64,000 nt of DNA from an uncultured delta proteobacterium. GTDB lineage: Bacteria; Desulfobacterota; Syntrophobacteria; Syntrophobacterales; Syntrophobacteraceae. The notes under the pieces are model-generated. The model searched no databases. It saw only the letters and a program-made list of their open reading frames with translations, and was not told the DNA's origin. Positions 1 to 11,162 of this stretch are shown piece by piece. The stretch's first letter is position 1. Each line of letters opens with the position of its first letter. The position numbers and the translations under genes are program-made. Where the stretch lies: NCBI GenBank assembly GCA_963808625.1, contig CAWEHK010000033.1:128001-192000 (forward strand), in the 5' to 3' direction.

Positions 1-49
1 GCAGTATTGATTACAGGCTCGCACAAAAATCACCAGGGTACTTGATTGC

Positions 50-117
50 GTCGGATTCCGGCGAAAACCGGAGTGCCATGCAGGAATGCCTGGATACCGG
101 CTTTGCCGGTAATGACG
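50..117. repeat. Degenerate REP-like double-hairpin palindrome (CGTC..TTCCGG...CCGG..ATGACG family)
   Basis: Sequence resembles the cleaner copy at 56905-56969; lies downstream of the response regulator stop. Confidence 0.6.
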
Positions 118-147
118 AACTGACTTTGAGTTCATTGCTGTAATGTA

Positions 148-1635
148 CTAAGGACTTTTCGCCCCCAGGATGTAGCGGCAGGCTCGGCCTTTGCCAATGC
201 GCTGCAGCACGCCCGAGTCAACCATTTCGGCCAGTTCCCGCAAGGCCTGACGCTCCGATAAGTCATTGAGCTGGGAGTAATACTTGTTCGTGATAAAGCC
301 GTGCTCCTTAATGAAATCAATGGTCCGTAGCTGACGCGGGCGCAGGTTCCACTGCGGGAGGCGGCCGCCGTGGCTCAACTCGCTGATTGGTTTGAGCTCC
401 ACCGGCTGCCATGTTTTCTCGGGCGGCGGCTCCCTTCGATAGTCCTCGGTTCTGGTGGGTGGAGCGGGTTCGCGGACCTCCTGGGGAAGGTCCTTGACCA
501 AGATTTTCTCGCCATTCGAGAGAATTACGGCCCTTTCGATCACGTTCTCCAATTCCCGGACATTCCCGGGCCACGAGTAATCCAGCAGACAGCGCAGGGC
601 TTCGGGCTCAATGGTGATCAAAGCCAGGCTGCTCTCCTGCGAATACTTGGCCAAAAAATGATTGACCAGCAGCGGAATGTCATCGGTTCTTTCCCTTAGC
701 GGGGGAAGATGGATGTGAACGACATTGAGGCGGAAAAAGAGATCGGAGCGGAAGCGTCGCTGGGCCACTTCCTCTTTGAGGATTCGATTGGATGCGGCGA
801 CGATGCGGACATCCACGCGAATGGTCTGGCTGCCTCCCACCCGCTCAAACTCCATTTCCTGCAGCACGCGCAAGAGCTTAACCTGCAATGGCGGTGACAT
901 TTCACTGATTTCATCGAGGAAAAGAGTCCCTTCATGAGCCAGTTCAAACCGCCCTTTCCGCAGATTAACGGCGCCGCTGAAGGCCCCCCGCTCGTGGCCG
1001 AAGAGTTCACTTTCCAGGAGCGTTTCAGGCAGTGCCCCGCAGTTAACTGAAATAAACGGCTGCTCGCGCCTCGGACTGTTGAAATGGATGGCGCGCGCAA
1101 TCAGTTCCTTGCCCGTACCCGAGTCACCCGTGATCAGGACGGTGGCCTTGGATGGAGCTACCTTCTCAATCAACTGGTAGATGCGCTGCATGGGTGCGCT
1201 CTTGCCGATGATCTTGCCAAACTCGTAGCGTTCCTGAAGCTCGCGCGTGAGGTAGCGGTTTTTGCGGAGCAACACGTGGTGGTCGATCGCTTTGCGGATG
1301 GTGAGCTTTAGTTCCTCGTTCTTAAAGGGTTTGAGGATGTAGTCGAAGGCCCCCTTGCGCATTGCCTCCACCGCCTTTTCCACCGACCCGTAGGCGGTCA
1401 TCATGATGATCGGGAGATCGGGATTTTGCAGCTGAATGCGATCGAGGAAGGCCATACCGTCCATCCCGGGCATTTTCATATCCGTGATGACGGCATCGAG
1501 GTCATACTCCGCAACGATATCCAGGCCATTTTCCGCAGATTCCGCGGTGACGACCTGGTATCCCTCTTCGCTGAGGAGGTCTTCGAGGATCAGCAGATAA
1601 TTCTTTTCGTCATCGACAATGAGGATACTTTCCAT
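148..1635 (-). CDS. Sigma-54-dependent response regulator (REC + AAA+ enhancer-binding domain) with atypical C-terminal winged HTH
   Basis: REC motifs [48 protein letters not shown]. Start moved to ATG 1635 (MESILIVDD) because the upstream extension is repeat DNA. Confidence 0.93.
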   Translation of the reverse strand: MESILIVDDEKNYLLILEDLLSEEGYQVVTAESAENGLDIVAEYDLDAVITDMKMPGMDGMAFLDRIQLQNPDLPIIMMTAYGSVEKAVEAMRKGAFDYILKPFKNEELKLTIRKAIDHHVLLRKNRYLTRELQERYEFGKIIGKSAPMQRIYQLIEKVAPSKATVLITGDSGTGKELIARAIHFNSPRREQPFISVNCGALPETLLESELFGHERGAFSGAVNLRKGRFELAHEGTLFLDEISEMSPPLQVKLLRVLQEMEFERVGGSQTIRVDVRIVAASNRILKEEVAQRRFRSDLFFRLNVVHIHLPPLRERTDDIPLLVNHFLAKYSQESSLALITIEPEALRCLLDYSWPGNVRELENVIERAVILSNGEKILVKDLPQEVREPAPPTRTEDYRREPPPEKTWQPVELKPISELSHGGRLPQWNLRPRQLRTIDFIKEHGFITNKYYSQLNDLSERQALRELAEMVDSGVLQRIGKGRACRYILGAKSP

Positions 1636-1666
1636 GAGTGCTTTTACCATCAATAAATCAAAAGCG

Positions 1667-1817
1667 TCCACGAAGGCACACGAAGGAGAAAACGAAGTCA
1701 CACGAAAACGACGGAAAATCAAGAGTTAAGAGCCAAAGCCAGGAGCCAACAACAGACGGCTAATGGTGAACCGCTAAGATCCAAGAGCTAAGAGCTAACC
1801 GCTAAGAGCTAACAGCC
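1667..1817. repeat. Intergenic 9-mer (CACGAA-core) run followed by TAAGAGC-type 7-mer run
   Basis: tccacgaaggcacacgaaggagaaaacgaagtcacacgaa (1667-1706), then aagagct/aagagcc/aaccgct iterations up to the kinase stop. Confidence 0.8.
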
Positions 1818-3292
1818 ATCTCGCTGTCTTCTTCGGACCTTTCTTCTGAGTTCGGCTGAAAGAGCGGCAGGCGGATGATCATCGCGGTGCCCTTCCCTTC
1901 TGCACTATCCACCTCGATCTCACCATTATGGCTGTCGATAATGTTTCTCACAATCGCGAGCCCCAGCCCCGTACCCTTCTCGCGCGTGGTAAAGAAGGGA
2001 TTAAAGATTTTCTTCTGAACCTTCTGGGGAATCCCCGGCCCCGTGTCTTGAATGGTCAATTCTATCTGGGCGGGCTTGACCCTGCCATTGGCAAGGGCGG
2101 TCCGGACCCGCAAGATGCCTCCTTCGGGCATGGCTTGCAGAGCGTTAGCCAAAAGATTTACAAAGGCCCGGTAAAGCAAGTCGGGATCGGCTTCCAGAGC
2201 GAAACTTCCGCTCTCGTATTGGCGTTCCACTTGCACCCCAAGTCTCTGAAGTTCGGGCTCCATCACTTTGAGGTTACGCTCCAATATGTCTTCGATTCTG
2301 CATTTCATGGGATGGAGCGTTTTGGGGCGAGCAAAATCGAGGAACTCCGTCAGGGTATCGTTCAGGCGCGAAGCTTCCTCTACGATGATCGAGGAGAAGC
2401 GTTTCTGCCGCTCGCTTTCCGCACGGTCATGAAGCAGTTCCGCCGTGCTCCGAATGATCCCCAAAGGATTGCGAATCTCATGGGAAATTCCGGCGATCAT
2501 CTCTCCCAATGCGGCCAGCCGTTCCGCCTGGTGCAGCTTCTCCTCCAATTTGCGCTGCTCGGCTGCACGACCGGTTATAATCCGTTCAGCCCGGCGTGCG
2601 ATGAGGAGAATCGTCGTAAAAAGGACCCCGACGAACCCCAAAAAACTCATCGCCACAATCCACTGAAACCGACGGATGGTTGCATAATCGTGGGTGACGT
2701 CCTGAATGATCTCAAAAACCCCGAGCACCTTCCCCCGCTTCCAGCTCATGGGGCGCTCCTCCCACATGGGAAGATAGGTTTTCAGAGTGCGCATCCCGCC
2801 CTTCCATTCAATGCCCAGAAACGAGTTTTCGTCGTGAGACAGGAGCGAGACCGACTGCTCGGCCAATGCCTCCTTGAACACATCGCCGATGTCCCCTCGC
2901 GTGCCGACTTTTTCGGGGTCCGTGCTGTAGGTAAGGACTTCGTCGGGATCATAAATGTTGACGCTCTCAACCGAAAACCCATGAATCGTATTGTGCACCA
3001 CCCGATCCAGCCGTTCATACTGATTGGGGCGGCTCAACCGAATTTCACCCTCGGCAATCAGGGTCGGCAGCGTAAATTGAAAAAAAACCTGATGATTGAG
3101 GTTTTCAGCGACGAGCAGGGCATATTGTTCGCTTTTGTGGAACAGGATCTTCCTTGCTCGCTGGGAAATGAAGCCGGAAAGGAGAAGCGTGCATACCAGG
3201 ATAACCATGAGGCTGCTTAGCGACAGGTATTTAACCAGACGAAAGGGTTTGATGCCTTCGATAGTCTTTGTGCCGGTCTTTATCACTTTCAT
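1802..3292 (-). CDS. Membrane sensor histidine kinase, cognate of the regulator
   Basis: Two TM segments; H-box ISHEIRNPL, N-box NLLANALQA, G-boxes DTGPGI and GTGLGL. Likely start MKVIKT at 3292. Confidence 0.93.
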   Translation of the reverse strand: MKVIKTGTKTIEGIKPFRLVKYLSLSSLMVILVCTLLLSGFISQRARKILFHKSEQYALLVAENLNHQVFFQFTLPTLIAEGEIRLSRPNQYERLDRVVHNTIHGFSVESVNIYDPDEVLTYSTDPEKVGTRGDIGDVFKEALAEQSVSLLSHDENSFLGIEWKGGMRTLKTYLPMWEERPMSWKRGKVLGVFEIIQDVTHDYATIRRFQWIVAMSFLGFVGVLFTTILLIARRAERIITGRAAEQRKLEEKLHQAERLAALGEMIAGISHEIRNPLGIIRSTAELLHDRAESERQKRFSSIIVEEASRLNDTLTEFLDFARPKTLHPMKCRIEDILERNLKVMEPELQRLGVQVERQYESGSFALEADPDLLYRAFVNLLANALQAMPEGGILRVRTALANGRVKPAQIELTIQDTGPGIPQKVQKKIFNPFFTTREKGTGLGLAIVRNIIDSHNGEIEVDSAEGKGTAMIIRLPLFQPNSEERSEEDSEMAVSS

Positions 3293-3346
3293 AGTGGATG
3301 CCGATGGGCGCCTCAATATTGAGTAAAGGTGAAGATTGAACAGACA

Positions 3347-4356
3347 TCACTTCAATGCATGATCGACCAGGTCTTCAAAGTCAGCGGCAGTCTCGCAGTT
3401 TCTCATTTGCCGCCACAATAAGCGCAACATTTCATGACTGCGAATCTGATGGAGTTTGTCGACGAGGCGCTGAGACGGAAGCCCGAAGCGCATTTCCATA
3501 ATTTCCAGGATTATCTCACACGCTTCTTGAAAGCCTCTCTACCTTCCAACAGCCCTCTTTTCTCACCTTCCAACAGCCCTTTTTTCTCACCCTCCTGAAA
3601 CCATTGTTCTGCAAGCGTCGGCATAATTGTCTCTCCTTCCGGCATACCGGAGATGGCTCTTTTGAAATCGTCTCTGCTCAGTTTATCCGTACCCTGAACA
3701 AGGTAGCGGAAAAGCACCTCCAGGTATTTAAGCCCTTTATCCTTTTCTGCCAAGTCCCGCAACAAATCGAGGATGCCTGGAAGTTTTTGGGGCAGCTCAT
3801 CTTTCAGGGCATATTTCATGGTGAGCAGCATCACTCGGGCTAACACGCCGCCTTTAATCTGTTCATCGCTATACTCTGAGAGGTCATAAACAATGAACTG
3901 AAAATCAGGTACATAGGGGTGTAGCGCTTGTTGGTCCAAATCCAGAAGATCCTTGAATCGATGGCCAACGTCCCACGCGCCGGTTCCCTGATAAAGCACC
4001 AATGGCAGGATGGCGGGCAGGTCTCGTTTCGTAGACTGCTGAAGATGCAGTTCCCAAATCCGGATTATGTATTTCAGAAGCTGAAAAGCGGTGTATCGAT
4101 CAGGAAAATTCTTGTGCTCAAACAATATATAAATGAAGGCGCGGCTGCCGGCCAGCTTCACCTCATAGAGCAGGTCGGAAAAGAATTCTCTGAGCTCCTC
4201 ATCGACAAACGAATCCTTCCTGATTTCCATTGTCTCGAGATCTAAAATCTGAAGAATATCTGCTGGCAGGTAATTGGCAAGGAAGTCCGCCGCCGTCTTT
4301 TTCTCAGAAAAGACCTCTTTAAAGAACTTGTCATGAGGATTCGTTATCTTGTGCAC
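3347..4356 (-). CDS. Rpn/YhgA-like recombination-promoting nuclease (PD-(D/E)XK); frameshift near 3530
   Basis: NPHDKFFKEVF, SDLLYEV, YILFEHK, PLVLYQG motifs and EGEKKGLLEG repeats. The C-terminus continues in another frame (ACEIILEIMEMRFG...DHALK, stop 3347). Confidence 0.88.
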
Positions 4357-5460
4357 AGTTAAGATCCCACAGTGTTTGTCGTCGCTGCTGTTGCCAACTT
4401 TTGCCTCCATTTGGATGTTTTGCAAGGACACAACCATACGCGATATTAGCGCAATTGGTTCAAAAAAACTATTCTTCCTTCCCTTTAATTTCGGTCACCA
4501 GGGTGCTGACTTCACGGATTATGCGATGTTTGGTCGGAAGCATTTTTAGCAGCGCTGCTCGTGCGTTGTACCCAGAACGAATCCTTGACTCTTCCAAAGA
4601 ACCCGTAATATCGTGATGCTCTTTTGGTAAGTTCTTTCACTGTTCCATTGATCTGGCGTTGGGCACAACATCTGTTGACTGGCGGGCGGGTGAGGTGGTA
4701 GCTTAAATTCCCAAGAAGCATGCTTTAACCCTACTTGGTGATTCACCTGTTGCCATTCTGACTTGAGGAGGGATGCCATGATGTGCGCGCAAAGGTTTTT
4801 GTCTTCCGGCCACTCTTGGCGTTTTTCGTTCAGATCCTGGATTTTTGGGGTGAGATGCTGGGATTTTTCGTGATTTTTTGTCTCGTCCTTGGCTCTGAGG
4901 TGGGTGCATGGGTGAGCCCTCTTTGGTTCTGCCCATGCTCCGTTGAACATCGGAGAGAATCGTGAAATGTCAATGGCAGCAATTCCCGCTGGAGCAGCCA
5001 AAACGGATGTTTTTGAGGTCGAAGTGTCAACATAGAGCGTCGAGTCGGGGTAATATACCAGACACTGGGTTGATTTAAAGCTCAGATCGAGGTTTTTTCT
5101 CAAGAAGGGACGGTTGGTTGCCCAACGAAGGCAATATGACTCACCGGGAATCTGAGACCAAGCCGATCAGTAGTTTTCCAATAGTGGGTAATGACTCGTA
5201 AAAGGATTTATGGAAGCAGGTTACGATGTATCGTCAAGAAACACTGGGCGGAGATTTTGAGGTCCGGCAACTATCGCGCGGTAGAGCATTTCCATGGATT
5301 CAACGTTATTGTTCAGGGGACAAACGGGCAGGTACTTCAAGAGTGGCGCGCGCTGCCATAACCCTTAAGTGAGTTGGGACCGGGGTCCAAGTCAAAGAAG
5401 CCCGCGAGCCCGATAGTGTTTTTGGCCAGAGTCGCTCTGGCACATGACAGGGAGGGAATC

Positions 5461-7401
5461 ATGAAGCTGAGAATCAATATTCTATTATTTTTGCTTTTCG
5501 TTATGCTGACGTCTCAAGTTCTCGCAGAGCCTCTGGATCATTGGAATCTGCGGAACCCCCTGCTGGCTAACGCCCAAAGGGTACCGACCTACGTTAATAA
5601 CACCTTCATCTCCATCGGAAGTTCTGGCAGGATCACCACATCTCCTAATGGCGTAAAATGGACCAATAGAATCTCGGGCACTGAGGCGGCGCTGGATGAT
5701 ATCGCCTACGGCAACGGCCTAATTGTTGTTACCGGATCTGGCGGCACCATCCTCACATCATCAGATGGGGAGTCCTGGACGTCAAGATTATCGGGAACGA
5801 GTGAATATCTCGGAGCTGTCGTTTATGCTAATAACCTATTTGTTGTCATTGGATCTGGCGGTACCATCCTCACATCTCCTGACGGGGAGTTGTGGACCTC
5901 AAGGCAATCCGGAACGAGCGAAAGTCTCCAGGCGATAACTTATGGCAACAACACGTTCGTCGTTCATTCTTACTGGGGCAATCTCATCCTCACCTCACCA
6001 GACGCGGAGACTTGGACAGTTAGACAAACAGAAGAAAGGTTGCGCAAAATAGCTTTTGGCAACGGTACGTTTGTTGCCACAACGGTCACTGGCACCATCG
6101 TCACCTCACCAGACGGAGATACTTGGACAGTCAGATCATCGGGAAGTACTTATACTTGGAATATAACTTATGCGAATAACATATTCCTCGCTTTCGGAGA
6201 CAGTTGGAAAATCTTTACGTCCCCAGACGGAAACACCTGGACCAAGCGATCATCAGGAACATGGCAGGGGGTCACCGGCATAACTTTTGGCAATAACATG
6301 TTCGTTGCCTGGGGATATGGTGGTATTATGCTCTCATCTCCCAACGGGAATAAATGGAGAAAGCGGTCATCAGGAACTACCGCAAGTGTGGTTGGAATAA
6401 CTTACGGGAACAACACATTCGTAGCTTTGGCCAACGATGGTATTGATGAGAGGTATGAAATCCTTACATCCAAAGATGGGAAAGAATGGGTTAAAAGATT
6501 GGCAGGAACCTATGCTTCTCTCCTCGGAATAACCCATTGCAACGGTATCTACGTTGCTGTAGGACACAACATGACAATCCTTGCCTCTGCAAACGGGGAA
6601 AAATGGACAAAGATTTCTTTGGCAGGTCCCGACTGGAGCTACTACACGGAGGACTACGACCTAGGGGGCATAGCCTGCGGTAATCACACCCTCGTTGCTT
6701 TTGGTGATGGCGGCACAATTATCACCTCCCAGGATGGGAGACTCTGGACGAATACCAGTGGGGGTGAAGGATACTTCAACGCTATAGTCTATGGCAATAA
6801 GATATTTGTTGCCACGTCATCTTGGTATGGAGACAACACGGAGACGCTGTACCACGAACTTTGGACTTCCACAGACGCGAAAACGTGGACATATCGGTAT
6901 GCCACGAATCAACCACATCAAATAATGGCCTATGGCAATAAAGTATTTGTAGGTGTTAGGTACGACCGTCAGAAGAAGTGCGATACCATCGTCACATCAC
7001 CAGACGGGATACAATGGGCCAAAACATCATCAGGAATTACCAAGGGGCTCTATGACATAGCCTACGGCAACGGAATATTCGTTGCGGTTGGCCAAGAGGG
7101 CACGATTCTTACATCAAAAAACGGGAGAACGTGGACAAACAGATCTTTTGGAATCAGTGATAAAAGCATCTACCGAATTGCTTACGGGAACAAAACATTC
7201 CTTGCAATAACAGTAGACGGTACCGTCCTCACATCGCCAGACGGGAAGCTGTGGACTGAGGGATCGGCTGGAGTTGGTGCAACGTTAATGAATGCGATAA
7301 CCTATGGCAATAAATCGTTCGTTGCCGTGGGCGATCAGGGAGTCATTCTCCAGTCAGATTCTCTTAGAGAAAGTGCATCAGTTAGAGAGCTATCGCCATA
7401 G
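5461..7401 (+). CDS. Secreted Asp-box/BNR repeat beta-propeller protein
   Basis: SD GGGAGGG, signal peptide MKLRINILLFLLFVMLTSQVLA, many ~40-aa repeats (I-x-YGNN-x-FVAVG...ILTSPDG-x-x-W); more AT-rich than core genes. Confidence 0.85.
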   Translation: MKLRINILLFLLFVMLTSQVLAEPLDHWNLRNPLLANAQRVPTYVNNTFISIGSSGRITTSPNGVKWTNRISGTEAALDDIAYGNGLIVVTGSGGTILTSSDGESWTSRLSGTSEYLGAVVYANNLFVVIGSGGTILTSPDGELWTSRQSGTSESLQAITYGNNTFVVHSYWGNLILTSPDAETWTVRQTEERLRKIAFGNGTFVATTVTGTIVTSPDGDTWTVRSSGSTYTWNITYANNIFLAFGDSWKIFTSPDGNTWTKRSSGTWQGVTGITFGNNMFVAWGYGGIMLSSPNGNKWRKRSSGTTASVVGITYGNNTFVALANDGIDERYEILTSKDGKEWVKRLAGTYASLLGITHCNGIYVAVGHNMTILASANGEKWTKISLAGPDWSYYTEDYDLGGIACGNHTLVAFGDGGTIITSQDGRLWTNTSGGEGYFNAIVYGNKIFVATSSWYGDNTETLYHELWTSTDAKTWTYRYATNQPHQIMAYGNKVFVGVRYDRQKKCDTIVTSPDGIQWAKTSSGITKGLYDIAYGNGIFVAVGQEGTILTSKNGRTWTNRSFGISDKSIYRIAYGNKTFLAITVDGTVLTSPDGKLWTEGSAGVGATLMNAITYGNKSFVAVGDQGVILQSDSLRESASVRELSP

Positions 7402-7566
7402 GTCCCTTTCGCGAGGCTGAAGCTCTTACCGTGGACTGATGCGAGTCTGTCGAGAACGCCGACCATTTGTTGACGATATCGTTCTGTGATCCTGAACTTT
7501 TCGTTCGCCGATTTTCTCGAAGGAAGGCAGGTATCGCCACTCTCCTAAGCTTTCGATAGACTGGTT

Positions 7567-9104
7567 GTAAGTGTTCACGGGGTCTAGTTCTAAATCCAAG
7601 AAACATCGGGAATTTGGTTTTGGCGTGCGCAGGTGAGAGCTTGAACCAGGACAGGGTACGTAGGAAGATTCCGCAGGCGGCAGGTTTCCCGCAAAGAGAG
7701 AATTCGCTCGACCCAACGGTCCCCTTTTTCGTTGAAGTTCCCCTGCATCATCCGACGCCAGAGCACCGCAAAACGAAGGGCTCTTTCCGCACGATTATTG
7801 GTGGGTTCGACGCCATCTTCCAGGAGAAAGACCCCACAGGCTGCCCATCTCGCTATCCAGCAATCGGGCAAGCCTTCCCGCCTCATCTTTACGGTCCCTA
7901 TGACAGGCGATCAGATGACACATTCGCGCATACCATGTCGCAACTTCTCCTGGCGTCGGAGGGGCATTGGCCCAATGAATCAGACGCTGAAGCTCGGAGG
8001 AAACGCGCTGTCCAAACCAGCTAATGCGCCAAGTCTTTTCTCTGGCCAAGTCCTTTCGCTGTGCGGATGAGATGGGCAAGGCAAGTTTGCCGCAGTTCTA
8101 CCCATTTGCGATATACCCCATAGTTGTCGCTTAACGAGAATCCCTGCCCAGTGTCCGATCAATTCCTCGAAAGCCGCCTTCGACCGGCTGGCCTTCACAC
8201 TGAAGAAGGCCACCGTGCTGTTGACCATTACCCACAGCCAGCCAAGCACCCCGTGCTGGTAGCAGGATGTCTCATCCACATAGTTTACTTTCGAGCTCCG
8301 AGCTTTGGCTGCGATCGCTTCGTAATAGGGAACGATTGCTTGAGACACCCGATCCACACAGCGTTGGATTCCGCCAACGCTAATGGGAATGCTGAGCACC
8401 GATTCGACAGAATTCCTTGACAGACCTACGACTGCAACGTTGGCTACCGCTCAACTCCCCAATCAGAGCTGTCAGCCGTTCACCATATCCAACCTGGAAA
8501 AGTTCCGGGACCGTGCCCCAGAGGTCCTGCCGCAATGGCGTGCAGTCCCCTTCCATCAGGATGAAATGCGTGACTTGCATCACGATTTCTGGAAACTCGA
8601 TATGTTGATGCGTATAGAATGGCCTCAGGTTCTAAAAGTCTTGACATCCGCAGCCACACGGCTTCGGCGGCGCCACCACCTCCTTGGTGGGTGCAAGAAG
8701 CGATTGCTGGTGTCCTTTGTGACCCTCCTTGGCTCCCGGCTTGCAAGTTCCTTTCGACTCTCTCTTGGCTCTCTGATCCGGACGGTCCGACGAGGGAGGA
8801 CGGTTCGAATTCTGCGAGTTCTGCCCTAGCCTCGCTTCCATTTCTCCCACGCGCTTGGTCAGTTCTATAATGAGCTCATGTTGCTGCAAGACCAACAACC
8901 GTACCGCAGATGGCGTCTCTTTCCAGTCCTCTTCGCTGATGGGAAAACCGTTGGGAAGATCCTGCAAACCATCCAGCCACACTCCAATTCCGGTTGCTTT
9001 TCGCCTCGTGTTCAATCTTTCAGTCTCCATTACACGAAAGGGTTGGATTTGTTCTCTCAAAAATGCAGAACCAGGGAAAAATTGCGTACCCCCTGAACGG
9101 TTAT
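7567..9104 (-). mobile_element. IS66-family insertion sequence (single-ORF type)
   Basis: Imperfect terminal IRs GTAAGTGTTCACGGGGT (7567) and ATAACCGTTCAGGGGGT (reverse complement ending 9104) enclose the transposase; no target duplication seen. Confidence 0.82.
7590..8982 (-). CDS. IS66-family transposase, split by several frameshifts
   Basis: Fragments carry QNSQNSNRPPSSD, PGAKEGHKG, YVDET, WLWV and VEPTNNRAERALR. Confidence 0.88.
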
Positions 9105-10454
9105 GGGTTCTTCGCTTTGGCCACTTCTTGACGCCGCTCCAGGATGGTTTCCCGTTGCGTTCCTTCCCAGCCGCGCGCCGTCGGCTCATAAAAAACAGGG
9201 TTCTTCAGCGTTTCGGGTAAGTAATGTTCCGGGATCCAGGCGTCTGGATAATCGTGAGGGTACCGATAGTCTTTGCCGTAGCCAAGCTCTTTCATGAGCA
9301 CCGTCGGGGCATTGCGGATGTGCATGGGGACCGGTGCCGTGCCCGTTTTTCTCGCCAGATCCAGGGCTTTGCCGAAAGCCGTATAGATCGCATTGCTCTT
9401 CGGCGCCAGGGCGAGATAGACGACGGTCTGGGCAAGGGCCAGGTCGCCTTCGGGACTTCCCAGGAACTGATAGGATTGCTGCGCCGCGATGGCTCTGAAC
9501 CATCGCCAGGGGGTCGGCGAGGCCGATATCTTCGACCGCCATTCGCACCAGGCGGCGGGCGATATAGAGGGGGTCCTCCCCGGCGTCCAGCATGCGCGCC
9601 AGCCAATAGAGCGCAGCATCGGGATCACTGCCGCGAACGCTCTTATGCAAAGCGGAAATGAGATTGAAGTGCTCCTCTCCGCCTTTGTCATAATGGACTG
9701 CTTTACGCTGCAAAGCCTCTTCCATGGTTTTGCGATCAACCAAGCGCACGCCGTCCGGTCCCGGAGGCGTGGTCAGGGCTGCCAGTTCGAGGGCATTGAG
9801 GACGATCCGGGCATCTCCTCCCGAGGCCGCGAAGAGGTGCTCTTCCGCTTCTTCGGTGAGCCGGGCCGGGAATTTGCCGAGGCCATGCTCCTCGTCCGCC
9901 AGAGCACGCGCGATGATCCTCCGCAGGTCCTCGATTTGCAGTGGCTCCAGGACCACCACCTGAGCCCTGGAGAGCAGCGGCCGAATGACTTCAAAGGAGG
10001 GATTTTCCGTGGTGGCGCCAAGCAGCAGCAGAGTGCCACGCTCGACGTGGGGCAGGAGAGTGTCCTGTTGGGCCTTGTTCAAGCGATGGATTTCATCCAT
10101 GAACAGCCACGTCCGCTTCTTTTCTCTGGCCCAAACCCCTTGCGCCTCCTCGACTGCGGCGCGGATTTCACGCGTCCCGGCCATGACTGCCGACATGGCA
10201 ATGAGGTGGGTGTCGGTTTGGCAGGCGATAATTCGGGCCAGCGTCGTTTTTCCCGAACCGGGAGGTCCCCACAGAATAAAGGACTGCAGCCTCTGGTTGT
10301 GCAGCACGCGGTGCAGGATCTTGCCGGGACCCAACAGATGGGCCTGTCCGACAAATTCATCAAGGCGGGTCGGGCGCATCCGCTCGGCCAGTGGCGCGCT
10401 GCCCTTCAAGGCCTCTTCGGAGCGTTTCTGAAATGGGCTGAGCTGCTGCATCAA
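9101..10454 (-). CDS. rarA: Replication-associated recombination protein A (MgsA/RarA); frameshift near 9480
   Basis: PLAERMRP, WGPPGSGKTT, DEIHR, GATTENPSF, HFNLISALHKSVRGSD and C-terminal PKSNA...YRYPHD. Confidence 0.93.
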
Positions 10455-10460
10455 CGGCCT

Positions 10461-11162
10461 CTATTCACCGAGATAAGCCTTGCGCACGCGCTCATCCTGC
10501 AGGAGCTTCTGGCCGGGGCCTTCAAGAGTCACCCTTCCCGTCTCCAGGACATAAGCATAATCAGCCACATTGAGGGCCGCCATCGCGTTTTGCTCCACCA
10601 GCAGAATGGTTGCTCCCTGTTCGTTGATGGTCCGAATCGTCCTGAAAACCTCCTCGACCACCAGTGGCGCCAGGCCCAAAGAGGGCTCATCGAGGAGCAC
10701 CAGCTTCGGCCTGCTCATCAACGCCCGTCCCAGGGCCACCATCTGTTGTTCGCCGCCGCTGAGGGTCCCGGCCAGCTGCGTTTGACGCTCCCGAAGCCGC
10801 GGAAACAAGGAACAGACCCATTCCAATTGCGCCAGGAAGTCCTTGGGACTTTGATGGTAGGCCCCGAGCTCGAGGTTTTCGAGCACCGTCAGATTGGGAA
10901 ACACATGGCGCCCTTCGGGGCTGACCCCAATGCCCCGGCGAATGATCTGGTGAGTGGTCATCTTCCCCAGGTCTTCCTCACCAAACCGGATCGAACCCGA
11001 ACGAGGCCTTACCAGGCCAACGATGGCTCTCAGCGTGGTGCTTTTGCCGGCGCCGTTGGCCCCGATCAGAGTGACGATCCGGCCCGCCTCGACCTTGAGG
11101 TCAACGCCCTTGAGGGCGTGAATACCTCCGTAGTAGACATGGAGATCATTCACTCGAAGCAT
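10461..11162 (-). CDS. livF: Branched-chain amino acid ABC transporter ATPase
   Basis: GANGAGKST, LSGGEQQM, LDEPSLGLAP, VRKAYLG. Confidence 0.93.
   Translation of the reverse strand: MLRVNDLHVYYGGIHALKGVDLKVEAGRIVTLIGANGAGKSTTLRAIVGLVRPRSGSIRFGEEDLGKMTTHQIIRRGIGVSPEGRHVFPNLTVLENLELGAYHQSPKDFLAQLEWVCSLFPRLRERQTQLAGTLSGGEQQMVALGRALMSRPKLVLLDEPSLGLAPLVVEEVFRTIRTINEQGATILLVEQNAMAALNVADYAYVLETGRVTLEGPGQKLLQDERVRKAYLGE

Noticed and set aside
1636..1722. 29-aa N-terminal extension of the response regulator
   Set aside because: Encoded by the 9-mer repeat tract; the REC domain starts at ATG 1635.
1928..3220. Long antisense ORFs (also 9489-11189, 48810-49802, 59954-61048, 61844-63112)
   Set aside because: Shadow frames of well-supported GC-rich genes on the opposite strand, with no motifs of their own.
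4440..5370. Possible IS91-like or SWIM-finger remnant (RPPV, RYYGFF, CAHI motifs)
   Set aside because: The motifs are short, wrongly spaced and in different frames; left unannotated.
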